Shown one piece after another: positions 12,547 to 26,070 of a stretch of 64,000 nt of DNA (position 1 is the stretch's first letter; every line of letters begins with the position of its first letter). The notes beneath the pieces were generated by a model. The model ran no database searches, was not told the DNA's origin, and worked only from the letters and a program-made list of their open reading frames with translations. The stretch is from Vicugna vicugna (Eukaryota). The stretch is taken from contig MU058418.1 of the NCBI GenBank assembly GCA_013265495.1, forward strand, positions 372,001 to 436,000, in the 5' to 3' direction. A program made the position numbers and the translations under genes.

Positions 12547-12750
12547 CAGCATTTCTCAACCTTGGCACTACTGGCATTCTGAGCTGTAAAATTCTTTGTT
12601 TTAAGGGTTTAGGCATACAGGCTGTTTAGTAGCATCCCTAACCTGTACCCACGAGATGCCAGTAGCATTCCCCAGTTGAAACAACCAAAAATGTCTCCAG
12701 ACATTACCAAATATCCGTAGGGGGCAAAATCATCCCTGAGAACACTTGAT
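12547..12750 (+). mobile_element. MER20 (hAT-Charlie)
   Basis: cagcatttctcaaccttggcactactggcatt...tttagtagcatccct...agatgccagtagca..acaaccaaaaatgtctccagacatt.ccaaat..ggggcaaaatca. Confidence 0.85.
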
Positions 12751-14864
12751 AAGGCAGACTAATATATTTTGTGTTGCTTTTCAAGCTAATGGCACATACT
12801 AAATATCACATCTAGTGGCAAACCAAATCTGAAGCTTTAGGATTTTTTGAAAGATAGCTTCAGCTCTAAGGCATCAAGCATTAGGGTATTGAATAGAGGA
12901 GTAAAATCACAAATTCAATATCAAGGTATGTTCTGGGTTTTGATTCTACAGTTTTCTGCCACTAACTGCCCAAAAGTCCAAAGAAATATGAAAAGGTCCA
13001 TGTTCCTAATGAGAGAGAGGTTATCTTTCATTATATTAAAGTTTCTCAAATTAGAAAAAGTTCTGTCACCCTCCAAGAAATCTTTAGCATTTCCTTACCT
13101 ACTCCTCTAAAATACAATAACTTGTCATTTTGCTAAAGCACAAATTTCTTTCAATTCCAGGCTGGTGTTCTGGAGTAAGTCATTTAGTATATATGTAACC
13201 TATCCAGTGGCCTAAGAGCACTAAAATGATGTGGTTTTGTTCTCTGTACATGAATTTTGTAGGGAAAATTTGTTATAAAACCATTCTCATATTTCACACT
13301 TTCCAAAGGTCTCAAAAGTAGTGAAGGTTTATTATACTGGAGATTTTGAAAATGTCAGATTAAGAACCAAGTAATTGAGGTGGGAAGCAAATGTCAGGTC
13401 TACATAATTAACATATGAAGGGGAAGAACTTACCTCCTCTGCCTCAAGCATCTTCTCTTTCTCTCTAGCCTTCATTCCTACTGAAGTATAACACTTTAAA
13501 CAATTGTTTTGTAATGGTAGCACCTCATTAAAAATCTGGGGCATAGGGCAAGTAAAAGTACTCTACAAGAAGACCACTAAGAGAAGATGGAAAGAAATGT
13601 CTGAGAATCAGTGACCAAGCATGAATCGGCTCAGAATCAGCTTTTAAAAGAATTAGAGCCAATGGAGGCATAGTCCATAAGACAGCACTGCCATTAGTGC
13701 CCCCTTTGCTTCTGGAAACCCACAGGCTTTGCAGTGAAAACAAACAAGCAAAGAAAATGTAGTCTGGACAACTGACTAATTTGGGAATCATAATCATCAA
13801 GTGGAGGGTGCTGCTCATTTTGGTTTTGACTTCACTTTAAAAGCTACCAAGGGGTCTCCATTTCATGTTCTCAACAAACTTGTTTCTTCAGAAGAGAATG
13901 GTCTGTGTTTTCACAAAGGGATGCCTACAGGCTGAAAAGCTCTCTTAACACTGTTTTGTTTTGACTCTATGTATGATGACATCTCCCAACATTAGAAATT
14001 TGTACATAATCTACTAAATCTGAATTTACATATTGGGCAGTATTTCCTTTAACAAAGTCTAATTGAAACAGCAATTTTATAGTACATGAAAACTAATTTC
14101 AAATGTTAGAGATACTGAGAAATCACATTTAGATAGAAGACAACTTATTTTTAGTTGTAAAAAACTGCAATGCCAAAGTATTTTGCATTTAATGCTATAA
14201 TTTACATATATTACAATATTCATGATACATGATAAATACCCAAATCCTATTTGGAAAACCTTCATTGCAAAACATTAAAATTTCAACAAAATGGTGTTTT
14301 ACATTTTAAAGAATGTTCTCATTTTAAAAAACACATTAATTTGGCAAATGATACTAAACCTATTATGACAAATAAACACAGATTCCTTTGATATTCCCTG
14401 AATAATTGTAAATATTAAAGTAAACACCATATATGTGCTAATAAATTTCTAAATTTATTAAATAAACAAATAGGCATCCTGCATTTTAGTTATATATTGC
14501 AGACATTTCACACAGGTACAGGATTACTTTAACAAAAGATTCTTTAGTTATTATAGGCAATATGCTGCTACAAACTAAAAAGGAAACAGCTCTGAAAAAA
14601 CTGATGTTCTTTGACCCATTTCATTTATAAATTTGTATTTCAAGGAAAATTTTCAGGGTTAACATTTTCTACTTGAACCGACAAGTGTCTTTTCTCTAAA
14701 GTATTATTTCACTTAGGTAACAAATCATCTATATTTCTACATAACAGAAATGAAAACTTCCGCTCCAAAAAAGACTAAGCAATGGGATATTATTTATAAA
14801 TAATACCAACAAAAAATGTGGGATCACACACGTAACATAACCTAAATCAGTACTGCTTTAAAAT

Positions 14865-15310
14865 GTATAGAGACTTCTGACTACATCATGGGAGTGAGGT
14901 GGTTGAAAAATCCTCCCTCAGCAATTACAAAGCTGGACAAATCTGTCAAAAGCAAGTTTTGCATTCTGGAATTTAAGGGTATTCACTTTGTGAAAACTAC
15001 TGAACTTTCAGGAGGAACAGTGTGAGTTTATGACATCCTTGCCAGGGGCTGCTCCCACACCTACCCCTGGCTTTGTCAGTGCAGTAGTTCACTCAGGGCA
15101 GGACAGGCTGTGAAAACCAGCAGCTTTGTCACCTCTGCCAGAGAGGGATCACTTGGTCTGGAGCACTGTCAGTTACAGTAGTGATCTGTGGCAAACCAAT
15201 AGAAATGGCCAGTGGCACTGTAAGCCTGAGTAAGCAAACCTGATTGGGGCAAAGAGCAAATAAGCAGACTAGCCAGGGATTTAATAGGGAGTTCCAGCAG
15301 GTGCAGATAG
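14865..15310 (+). mobile_element. Ancient L1M 5'-end fragment
   Basis: aaaatcctccctc..caattacaaagctggacaaatctgtcaaaa..gaaaactactgaactttcagg...gctgtgaaaaccagcagctttg resembles recalled L1MD/L1M4 5' UTR consensus. Confidence 0.5.
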
Positions 15311-15315
15311 TCTTC

Positions 15316-15355
15316 AAAAAAAAAAAAAAAAAAAAAAAAGAGAGAGAGAGAGAGA
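15316..15355 (+). repeat. A24 homopolymer followed by (GA)8
   Basis: Read directly from the sequence. Confidence 0.95.
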
Positions 15356-17109
15356 CTAGGGAATCTGAATGGTTAGAAGGAAGTACTACTATAGTGAGGT
15401 TTTCCAGAGGAATACTAATATCTGAATTTCATCTCATTTAGTCTTCAGCCATTTACTTTGAGAAGGAAAGATTTGAGAAATCTTCAGAACATGACCCTAA
15501 TATAAGGGTGATAGCATTAACTTCTTGAATGTTTTAATTAAAAGTACATTTCATGCAGGACATCTCTACAACTGTTGAAGCAAAACACAACAAACCTTCC
15601 TGGTACCTTCTTGGATCAGGGAATGGGGTATTCTGGTTAACATCATCTTACTTACATAGATCAGTACTTGTCAAATGAATTGGAACAAAATGTACAACAA
15701 ATTAAGCTGATCATGATCTTATTTTTCTTGAATAAATCAGAAAACATCTGGATATCTTACACTGCCTTAGGGTCATGGTTATAACTAACTATCATTACTC
15801 TCTAGTCAGGTTGTTGCTGCATGTGTACTCAGCAAGGAAGCTTCAGTAAAAGTCAGATAGACCAATTTTTACTATGGGACAGTGAAACCAAGAAAATTGA
15901 GAGCTCAAGCCTGCAAGTTAAAACATCTTTAAAAAATAAATAAATAAATAATCAGCAATTACTAAATTATGAAAGGAAACAAAGAAAAGGCCGAATGAAA
16001 GCTTAACTAGGAAGAATGCTGGCATTTGGGAATTCTTACAGAGAGGAGGGATCGAAGGAGGAAGTTTTATACAGTTCTTCAAGTATGAAATGTTTGATTC
16101 CTGGTGGGCTCTAAAAAGAGGAGGAACAGAAGGAACTCTGCAAATACTGGTTTGATGAAGACACAAAAAGAGAAAAGTCCATTTATTTCTTTGTGTCTTT
16201 TAATGGCTTTCTGGTGTCCATTCCATGAAACAGACAACTATACCAGGCCAAGCATACACGGATGCACAGTTATAATGTTCCTTTAGGTGTGAAGTACACA
16301 GCAGCAATTTTATGTGGCCTGGAACTTTCATCAAATCTGTTACTTTCCAGCTGCTGCTAATTCTACCTTTAAAAAGCACTACTGTACATCAACAAAAATA
16401 CACAACCCAAAAAATGCAACAGGATTGCTTAGTGGAACATGGGATATCACTCCCTGGAAAGTATAGTAACAAGCTTACAGAAAATCATGTGTAGTATTTA
16501 AAGATCTTATTAATTAACTGTGAAGTAAATAGAACGTCTATTTTGGAATTTCATGTTAAATGAAGGGAAGATTAACCTCCCTTTCCCTACCCTCTTCATT
16601 CTGTAGCCTGTCCTCTAAAAAAGCATCTCTGAAAACGTGCCTACAAACTTTTTAAAGATCAACTCAAATACGTTTTTAAAAATGAAGATTGTATTAATTA
16701 TTTAATAGTCATATATATTCACAGGGAAAAGAATCTGGTGATGAACATAGTGATTTTTTTCACTTTTCTTTTGGGTTCCCATATACAGGAATCAAAACAA
16801 TTTACAAAGGATATTTGTACAATGAGGAATGGTAGACTTAAAAATTCAGACTTATTGATATTACAAAGTAACTTCATGCATACGTGATACATGCAGAAAG
16901 GCTATCATTGTAAACAAGATTATACCGGGAATGTAGATTTCAAAGAAAATTAAAACAAAATCTGAAAAGTTGATCCTATATTAAAATGTCATTTTAACAT
17001 GGTAAACATGTGTTCTACTAAGGCTCATAGCAGGTCAAAGCTTACATTTAAATCATTGACATTTTTTGGTAATTATTCATTTTAGAGTAAAATCTAAAAT
17101 GGCCACTCA

Positions 17110-17290
17110 TATCATAAAACCACAGACTATAGAGTTGGAAGGTATCCAACAGCTCACTAGTTCAAATATTCTCATTTTACAAAAGAACCAGCCAGGGCCA
17201 ATGGAAGTTAGCTGACATGTCCAAAATTCTTGATGCTCTCAAGATTAAGGCACAGCATAGGGCTAGGATAGTACTTTAACACTGAAGCTA
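17110..17290 (-). mobile_element. MIR-family remnant
   Basis: tagagttggaagg...tagttcaaa..ctcattttacaaaagaa..gggccaatggaagttagctgacatgtccaa. Confidence 0.5.
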
Positions 17291-18124
17291 ACTAAATCAC
17301 ATTTAACCAGGAAGAAATCTCTTTCAAAAGCTTAACAATTTTTTCCTTCATCATAAAATGATCTTTTGAGTTTGAAAGAACATGAAGATCAACAAGCAAT
17401 CACTGTCAGTAATAAAAGAAATCTACAAAATATTTCCCCAAGATCTGAGGCAATGGAAAATTTAAAAATAAACCAGGGAAGTCCAAAGTTAGAGTTCTCT
17501 CTGCTGTGTTTCTCCCATAATAGTAGATGCACATGAATCACATCTGAATTCGATCTAAGGAAAGGAAAATCACTAGTGGAGCAATTTAATACACAAGCCA
17601 CCACATCCTCAAATAAGTCTGATAGGTTTGTCAACTTTCTGTTAACCACTGCACTGTGCTTTGGTATTCTGACCATTGTGGACTAGACATTTCCAAAGAG
17701 TGTCTGACTTGACCTACTTAGACTTTGACATCTGGAAACAGCATTGTCCCCCAGCCTCTCCCCACCACCTGTGAAAAAGACCAGAAGAGTTAGTTGGCTG
17801 TTTCTAAAGATGAGATGACAGGCCTGCAGGTGCACCTGTGGCCTCTGACCTGTGAGCAGAATTCTCACTTGCATGACTAAGTGAAGCAGCAGCCTGAATT
17901 AGAAATATTAGCAGTTGTCATTTAAATGAACTTTCTCTAGAGACCCTGGGTAGATAACATGAATAAGCTGCTCAAAAATTTCCTCAGCAAACCTTTAACT
18001 CTCATTTTTGCCAACATCATTATGTTTGTCTGAACAAGGAAAAGTGAGTAGAGAGAGAAGGTAGAAAATTTTTAAATAAAGAAAAGCATTATTTGCTCTG
18101 TTTGGCTTTAAGATAATGGCAAAT

Positions 18125-19975
18125 AAAAGGGCACATTCTAGAAAAGGCAAAGCTAAAAGAGCTGAAAAACAGTTAAGTGGTTGCCAGGGATTGAGGGAGT
18201 GGAGAGTGGTCCACAAAGAGGGTACACAGGGGAACTTTTAGGGTCGTGGAAATATTCTGTATGGTACTGTGTGGTGGATACATGACACTATATATTTGGC
18301 AAAGCACAAAGAACTTTACAACACAAAAAGTGAACTTTAATGTATGCACATTAAAAAATCAGCCCAGAAGTTGGGGGCCCCAGGCTGGAATGGAGGCTAT
18401 GTCAAAAGAATCTAATTGTATTATAAATGTATGACATAATCTCACTGAACATAGAACAAGATAAAAAAAAAAGAAGAAGCTGACAAATTACTTTGGAAAA
18501 TCATGTTTTAACTGGAAGCAGTAAGGGCAGAATAAAAAGGAACTGTACATGAACACTGTCTGCTAGTTAGCAGGTTGTTTCTCACAGGAGTAAGAGTTAA
18601 TATTTCTGAAACTGCTTTAGATGTATACCACAAGTGAACAAATAAGTAAATGGATGATGGATGGTAGAAGCCAGATTAATCACAGTTGAAGAAGGAAGTT
18701 CAGATAAACAAGGGGGAAAGCTAGAAAGAATTCTGTGGTACTGGATTAGACAGCATCATCACTATGAACCCATTAACCCACTATAAACCCATGTTTAGCT
18801 TAATATAAATGCAGATGAAAAGATACAAAAATAATTATAGATGTGTGTGTGTGTATATAGATATATATAAAATATATATATACAGATTAGTATGTATACA
18901 TATATTTCCTTACTCTGTTGAGAAGGTCTAGAAACTAGGACACTCTAGTAGCAATGAGCATACTCACTGCCCAGATTCTAAATGCCACTAAGCAGGGAAT
19001 CAGGCTCTTTGGAGAACTGGCTGGTTCTAGGACTAGGGCAGGGAAAATACAAGATGAGTTCACAGCATTTTGAAGTACTAGAAAGTAAAGAAGTGTTCAA
19101 AAAAAAAAAAAAGATGGGGGCATATCAAAGGGACATAAGAGCCAACCTGAAAGAGCTTCCATCTGCCAAAGTCGGAACCATTTGAGCAACAAAATAACAC
19201 AGTAAAGAATTATAACTCAAAATATAAAATAAACATGCATGAGTCCATACTGAATGACTGAAAAAATAAATGAAGGAGAAAAGACAGAACTTCCTTAAAG
19301 AATTCCAAATAATTTATGTAGATACCCTAAAAGCTTAACCTACCTCCTCCTTTTGAGCAAGGGCTGGACTTAATGACTAGTCAAAAACAGAGTAGGGGGG
19401 ATGGGGGTAACTTTATAGTGGAGAAGCTTAGTAAATACTGCCTTGACCATATGATTCAAGGTTAACATCAACAGTGATAAGTCATATTCATAGAATGTAT
19501 CCCTAACATTACGTAATGAGAAGGGCAATTTATTTCTGTGGTATTATTCCAAAAAAATCCATAAGCTCAGTGTATATGAGGAAAACATCATGCAAACCCA
19601 GACTGAGAGATAGTCCACAGAACAGTTGACCAATACTCCTCGAAACTGTTACAGCCATTTATTTATAGACTGATAAACTACCAAAGAAACAGAGGAAGTG
19701 AAGGGGACATGACATCTAAATGCCATGTGGTATCCTGGATTGGATCATGGAACAGAAAAAGATGTTAGTGAAAAAGCTAGTAGAATTTGAATTAAGCCTG
19801 GAGTTTACTTAATAATAATGTATTACTGTTGATTTCTTTTGACAAATATACCACGGTTATATTACATGTTAACAACAGGGAAACAGGATAAGGGGTATAC
19901 AAGAACTCTCTGCAACATATTTGTAACTTTTCTGTAAATCTAAAATTATTCCAAAATAAATAATATATTTAAAAA
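18125..19975 (+). mobile_element. Old L1 3' UTR (L1MC3/L1MD-like)
   Basis: acattctagaaaaggcaaa..gtggttgccagggatt..ggtggatacatgacactatatatttggcaaa.. ending ttgtaacttttctgtaaatctaaaattattccaaaataaa. Confidence 0.8.
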
Positions 19976-19980
19976 TATGC

Positions 19981-20603
19981 CATATCTGGAAGGAACTCTA
20001 GTTTGAAAAGATACATGCCCCTCAATGTTCACAGCAGCACTATATACAATAGCCGAGACATGGAAGCAACCTAAATGTCCATTGACAGATGACTGGATAA
20101 AGAAGTTGTGGTATATTTATACAATGAAATACTACTCAGCAATAAAAAAGAATAATGCCATCTGCAGCAACATGGATGGACCTGGATATCATCATTCTAA
20201 GTGAAGTAAGCCAGAAAGAGAAAGAAAATACCATATGATATCACTCATATGTGGAATCTTAAAAAAAAAAAAAAAGAAAGAAAAGAGAGGACACTAATGA
20301 ACTCATCTACAAAACAGACAGACTCGCAGACATAGTAAACAATTTTATGGTTACAGGGGGAAAAGGGGTGGGAAGGGATAAATTTGGGAGTTGTGGGATT
20401 TGCAAAGGTTAACCACTATATATAAAAATAAATTAAAAAAACAAATCTCTTCTGTATGGCATAGGGAACTATATTCAATATCTTGTAATAACCTTTAAAG
20501 AAAAAGAATATGAAAACAAATATATGTATATATATGCATGACTGGGACATTATGCTGTACACCAGAAATTGACACATTATAACTGGCTACAATTAAAAAA
20601 AAG
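19981..20603 (+). mobile_element. 5'-truncated young L1, same family as 11516-12544
   Basis: Closely colinear with 11928-12530 (gaaggaactcta..tttgaaaagatacatg..gggaagggataaatttggg..tatgctgtacaccagaaa). Approximate TSD aaaaata(a)tgcca. Confidence 0.93.
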
Positions 20604-22734
20604 AAAAATAATGCCAGGAAAATAGATACGTCAGGAAAATAGATATGCCAGGACTTTATGCTTATCAGATAAATGAGTCAAGTGTACCTTTACTCTTAAC
20701 ATCCTTTGTTGAAAATCTAAAGCATAACAATTGAACGTGTGGTATTTGGTAATCAATGAAAATCTAACTAGATTCCATCACTGCTAAAATTTTTTTTAAA
20801 TTTTTCTTTTATAATTTTTAGCTGTACAAAATACACAACAATGCTTTAAATAAGGCTACTTGAACTGATGAGAAGGGAGACATGCAGAAGAAACAATGAT
20901 TGGTGATGAAACTTAGAACCTCCTTTCCATTCAGGTTTTATATTTAGGGCTTAAGTATTTTATTCTTGAGGAAGAGATAATGACAACATGGCAACTGGAA
21001 AATAAATCCCATTACTCATATGATCAGTGGTGAACTCGGAGGCCCACAACACTATACTGCATCTCAAGAGATAAGAAAGAAACAAATTGGAAGAGTTAAA
21101 AAAGACCACTTACAGGATAAGAGGGAGTAAAAGAAGATACTGAAAACTGACAAGCTACCTTCTATCCTGCTGGTAGCAAACAGACTGTATTTTTAAATTA
21201 ACTCTTTGTACAACCCTGTCTGCTGTGGTAAGGACTAATTCTCCTTAGAGAGCTCCAGCTGCCAGAAATAGTTTCTGTTCCAAGCAGGGGGGTGGGGGGA
21301 TTACAGAGAGGGTACAGAAATCATTTGGAAGCAAATATTTGTCTTGATGCTTTTCCCCCTTCAACAGCTGTATGAGGGAAGGTAGGTGTTGATGGGAGTT
21401 ACAGGTATTTCTAGTATACTAAAATGGCACAAACCCACATATTTCATGGGGGGTGGGGAGCACACAACAAACTGAAACTACTGACAAAATGACTTTCCAG
21501 TATGTCAAATATACCAATGCATATTATAACTAAGCCTAATATAATAGTAATAAAAAATATTAGACTTAATTTCCCCACAGAATCCATTTTATTCATTTAT
21601 TCAATAAACATTTACTTTATGTTTCTTACGTGCTAGGCACTTTTTTAACAGCTCTATAGGTTTTGAATAAAGATACATGCTCCTTATTTTAAAATTGAAG
21701 CAATTCAAACAAGTACAAAATGACAGGCAGTAAAAATGACCCCATAAGCTACCAGAATTTAACATCTGGTGATAAAGAATCTAGACATTTCTCTTTTGCC
21801 AGGCACATTAATAAATATTTTATAAAAAGTACTTTAGTCACTTTTCAAATAGGAAAAGTTTCTTTTAAAAAAAAGGATAACCAGTTATAAAGTTTGAATT
21901 TTATGTCAATATTAATCCTAGACTCTTATTGAAAATAATTTGAAAATTTAGCCCAATGATTTTGCTTCTCCTAAAATGTACCTAATAGAACTTTTCTCTG
22001 CCTATTTCTACTTAGTCTATAGTATATAAAATGGTCAGCTACTACCTGCAGCAGTAAAAAGTAACAGTAAAAAAATAATAAAATGAAATAAAATATTTAC
22101 TGTTAAAAATCACCTTTAAAGGGGGAAAGGGACACAAGCAGTTGCATATTCTCTTGATTTTCAATTTCATGTTCATCTTGAAAATTGTCAAAAAAATTGT
22201 TCGGGCATTTTCTTACTAAATACAATTTTAAGTTAACATTCATTAGGTTAAATCTGAGAGTGAAAAAGACTGCATCTAAGGCTTTCACAGCATTAGAATT
22301 TTGAATGCAGAAACAGAGTCAAAGGATTTTTCACAAGGGAAAATCAAACATTACTCTCTTCTAAGTGACAGGTTATCCGCCGCCCCGTGCTCCTTCTCCC
22401 CCCCACACACTTCCTTTCATTCTCAGTTATGTTGATATCAATAGATGACTTGCTATATCCCCTGACTTCCATCCTGGCCTCCATTCACTTTCTCTTCACC
22501 TCATTCAAGTGTGAGAAGTACAGGCACACTCTGAATTGATCCCAGAACAATTTCACTAAGAACTCAACCTTGGCATTCCCCTTCTTGAAGCCTGGCCTTT
22601 GTTTGAGCTCTTCTCTTGGTGCCCCTGCTCCATGACTCAATACACTGTCTTTATGCCTCACTAGGGACTGCCCATGTCTCGACCTACTCTTCTCAGTATC
22701 TTTTGTGATACTGGTCAGGCTACTGATCTTTTCA

Positions 22735-25700
22735 AATAACAGCAATTGGTTTTATTAATTTTTCTCAATTGTTTATTCATTTTCTATTTCTCTGATTTCT
22801 GCTCTTTTCTTTATTAGTTCATTCCTTCTACTTACTTTGGGTTTACTTCATCTTCTTTTCTAGTTTATTCAGGTAGAAGATTAGACAATTGCCTACATTC
22901 CACAAATTGACATGTTTTTTCATCATCATTCAAAATATTTTCTAATGTTCCATGTGATTTTTTATTTTATCCATCAGTTATTTTAGAAAACTGTTGTTAA
23001 TTTCTAAATATTTACGAGTTTCCAGATATCTTCAGTTAAAGAATTCTAATTTATTTCTGGGTTTGGTGTGGGCACATTCTTTGTGTGATTTACAAACTTA
23101 AATTTATTGAAACTTTTTTTTTTAAATCACCCAGCATATGGTCAATCTAGAAGAATGTTTCAGATGCACCTGAAAAGAGTATTTACTTTGTAGTGTTGGA
23201 AGACATGTTCTATAAATATCAATTAGGTCAAGTTAGTTGACAGTGTTGTGTAAGCCTTCCATATCCCTATGAATTTTATGTACTCTTGTTCTATCAGTCA
23301 CTGAGATATGAATGTTGAAATCTCCAACTGTAACTGTGGATTTGTCTATCTCACTTGTCAGTTTTTGCTCCATGTATTCGGAAGCTCTGTCATTACATGT
23401 GTATATACATTAAGAACAGTTACACCATCTCGATGAATTAACTCCATTATCACTTTAAAATGTTCCTCTTTATCCCTTATAATATTTTTTGTTCTGAATA
23501 TTTGTTTAATTCTTTGAAATTAATACAGCCATTCTGGCTTTCTTATGATTAATGTTTGTTTGGTATATATTATGACTTTAGTCTTTCTACTGAAAATGAG
23601 TTTCATATAGACAGCAGAAAGTTTCTGTGTAGCCTGAAAATCTTTGCCTTTTAACTGGAGTATTTAGATCTTTTATAATTAATACAACTATTGATGAGAC
23701 TGGGTTTAAATCTACCATCTTGCTATTTGTTTTCAGTTTGTCTCATTTGTTCTTTGTTCCTTTTCTCATTTCCTGTCAACTTCTGAATTGAGTATGTGTA
23801 TATATATATATATTTTTTAATAAATATATATACTTTAGTATTTCATTTTAATCTTCATTATTTGGCTTATTAGTTCACTCTTTTTTTCAATGTGATTATT
23901 CTAGGACTTGCACTATGCATCTTTTACTTATCATGGTCTGCCTGTAAATAGTATTATACTCTTTCATGTATAATAACTTTTTAACAGTATACTTCCATTC
24001 TTTCTCTATTATTTGTTCTGTTGTTTATATATATTTTGCTTCCTCATATGTTATAAACCCCACAATATATTGCTATTATTTTTGCTTTAAAGAGTTAACT
24101 ATTTTTCAGTTTTTAAATGAGGGAAAAGAACTCTGTTTTATTAACCACATATTTAGCATTTCCAGAGCTCTTCATTCTTTTGTATAGCTCAAAGTTTCCA
24201 TCAGGTATCATTTTCCTTCTGTCTGAAGAATCCTGTTTAACATTTCTTCCAGCAGTAGTCTGCTGGTGATGAATTCTCTCAGCTTTAATTTGTCTGAAAA
24301 AGCATTTCACCTCCTTTAATAAAATATATTCTCAGTGGATACAGTAATCCAGGTTGACATTTTTTTTCCCCTATCATTACTTTAAAGATGTTACTCTATT
24401 ATCTTCTCTAGTTTCTGACAGAAATCTATGATAATTATCTTTTGTCCTCTGTACTCAATATGCCTATTTTTTTCTACCTGAATTTGAGAATTTCTGTTTA
24501 TCAATTTCTCTTTTTTTGGGAATTTAATTATGATGTATTCTGATATGATTTCATTTATGATTATCCTGCTTGGGGGTTGTTGAGAGCTTCTTAGATCTAG
24601 AAATTTATACATTTCCATCAAAGTTTGAAAATTTGGGGCATTATTTCTCAAAATAGTTTTCCAGTCTTCATCTTTTGGTGCTCTAATTACTCCTATTTTA
24701 AACCACTTGATATTGATATAAATATAAATTAGGCTCTGTAAATTTTTTAAGTTATCTTTCTATGTTCATTCTGGATTGTTACTATTTTTTTCAAGATTAC
24801 TGATCTTTTCTTCTGTAGGATCTAACTTGTCTGTAATCCCATCAGGTGAAATTCATTTAAATACTTTACATTTCATCTCTAAAAGCTCCATTTGGTTCTT
24901 TATATCTTCCATTTCTCTAATTATAATGTTCATTCATATTTTCCTTTCATAGCTTGACTATACTGAGCATAATGATTTTAGCTGTCTCAACATTCTTGTC
25001 TGTTAATTCCATCATTTCCACCCTTTCTTGGTCTGTTTCTCATTTGGTTATGAGTTATGTTTTCTCACTCCTTGACAAATCTTTAATTTTTTAATTGTAT
25101 GCTAAATATTGCTGATTTTATGTTCTTGAGTGTTAGGTTTTGTTAAAGAAGATTAGATTTTGTTCTATTGGGCAGTTAAATTACATGTGAACCAATCTGA
25201 TGAGGTTTATGTTTAGGGTGGGTCTAGAATACCCTTTATTCTAGAGCTGATTTAGTTCCACTACAAAGGGGTGATCCTTCTGAAGTCTTCCTTGAATACC
25301 TCATGTATTCAGTGAGGTCTTTTTACTCTAGTGACGTGAACTCAAATGATTTCCTGTCCTGTATGAGCTCTCAGAATTGTTCAGTTTACAGCTGTTAATA
25401 ACTTTTTTCCTGGCAGTTGTTCTTTTCCTAACATCATAGTGTTTCACCATACCTATGCGCAGAAATCAGGGACTCATATATAGATTTCTAGAGCTCTTTC
25501 TCTGTATAACCCTTTCTTGTACGGCATATTACCCTGTAAATTTTAGCACCATGGCTTCCCCAAACTCTGATCTGTCTCTCACACCACTCAGCAATATCAC
25601 AGGGATCTGTTTGTGTGTTCCCTCCCTGCACCATGATCTGGAAATTGCTTCTGGGCAGAAAGCCAAAGCAATTATAGAGCTCACCTCTTCTCTTTCCCTT

Positions 25701-25850
25701 CTTTTTGGAATCACAGTGTTATGTTGCCTGTTGCCCAGTATGTGAAGACAGTTGTTTCAAGTATCTGTCTAGTTTTCTAGTTGTCTATATAGAGAGCAGG
25801 CAATTCCAGATCCTGTAATTCTCTCATGGTGAGAAGCAAAACTCCTTTCT
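22735..25850 (-). mobile_element. Ancient L1M (ORF2 5' part / ORF1 / 5' region), degenerate
   Basis: T-rich antisense L1 signature (gttctataaatatcaattaggtcaagttagttgacagtgttg; ttgaaatctccaact..tgtggatttgtctat; gtctgctggtgatgaattctctcagcttt). ORF 24113-24310 resembles old L1 ORF1-region remnants. Confidence 0.8.
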
Positions 25851-26070
25851 TGTAATATTTGACTGTATGTCAAACACTATATATAAAATAACTGTAGAGA
25901 CTGTAGTTGATATTATTTCCCACAGAGGATTACTCTTTTCTCTTTAGGCAGAAAGAACTGAGCTGGATTAGGATTGAAATGTATCTTTAGTTAGACTCCA
26001 TTCATCTTTGTTTTCAAATTTCTCAAGGATGAAACAGTCAAGTGTTCGTTGCAGGCCCCTTTCTCTAGAT

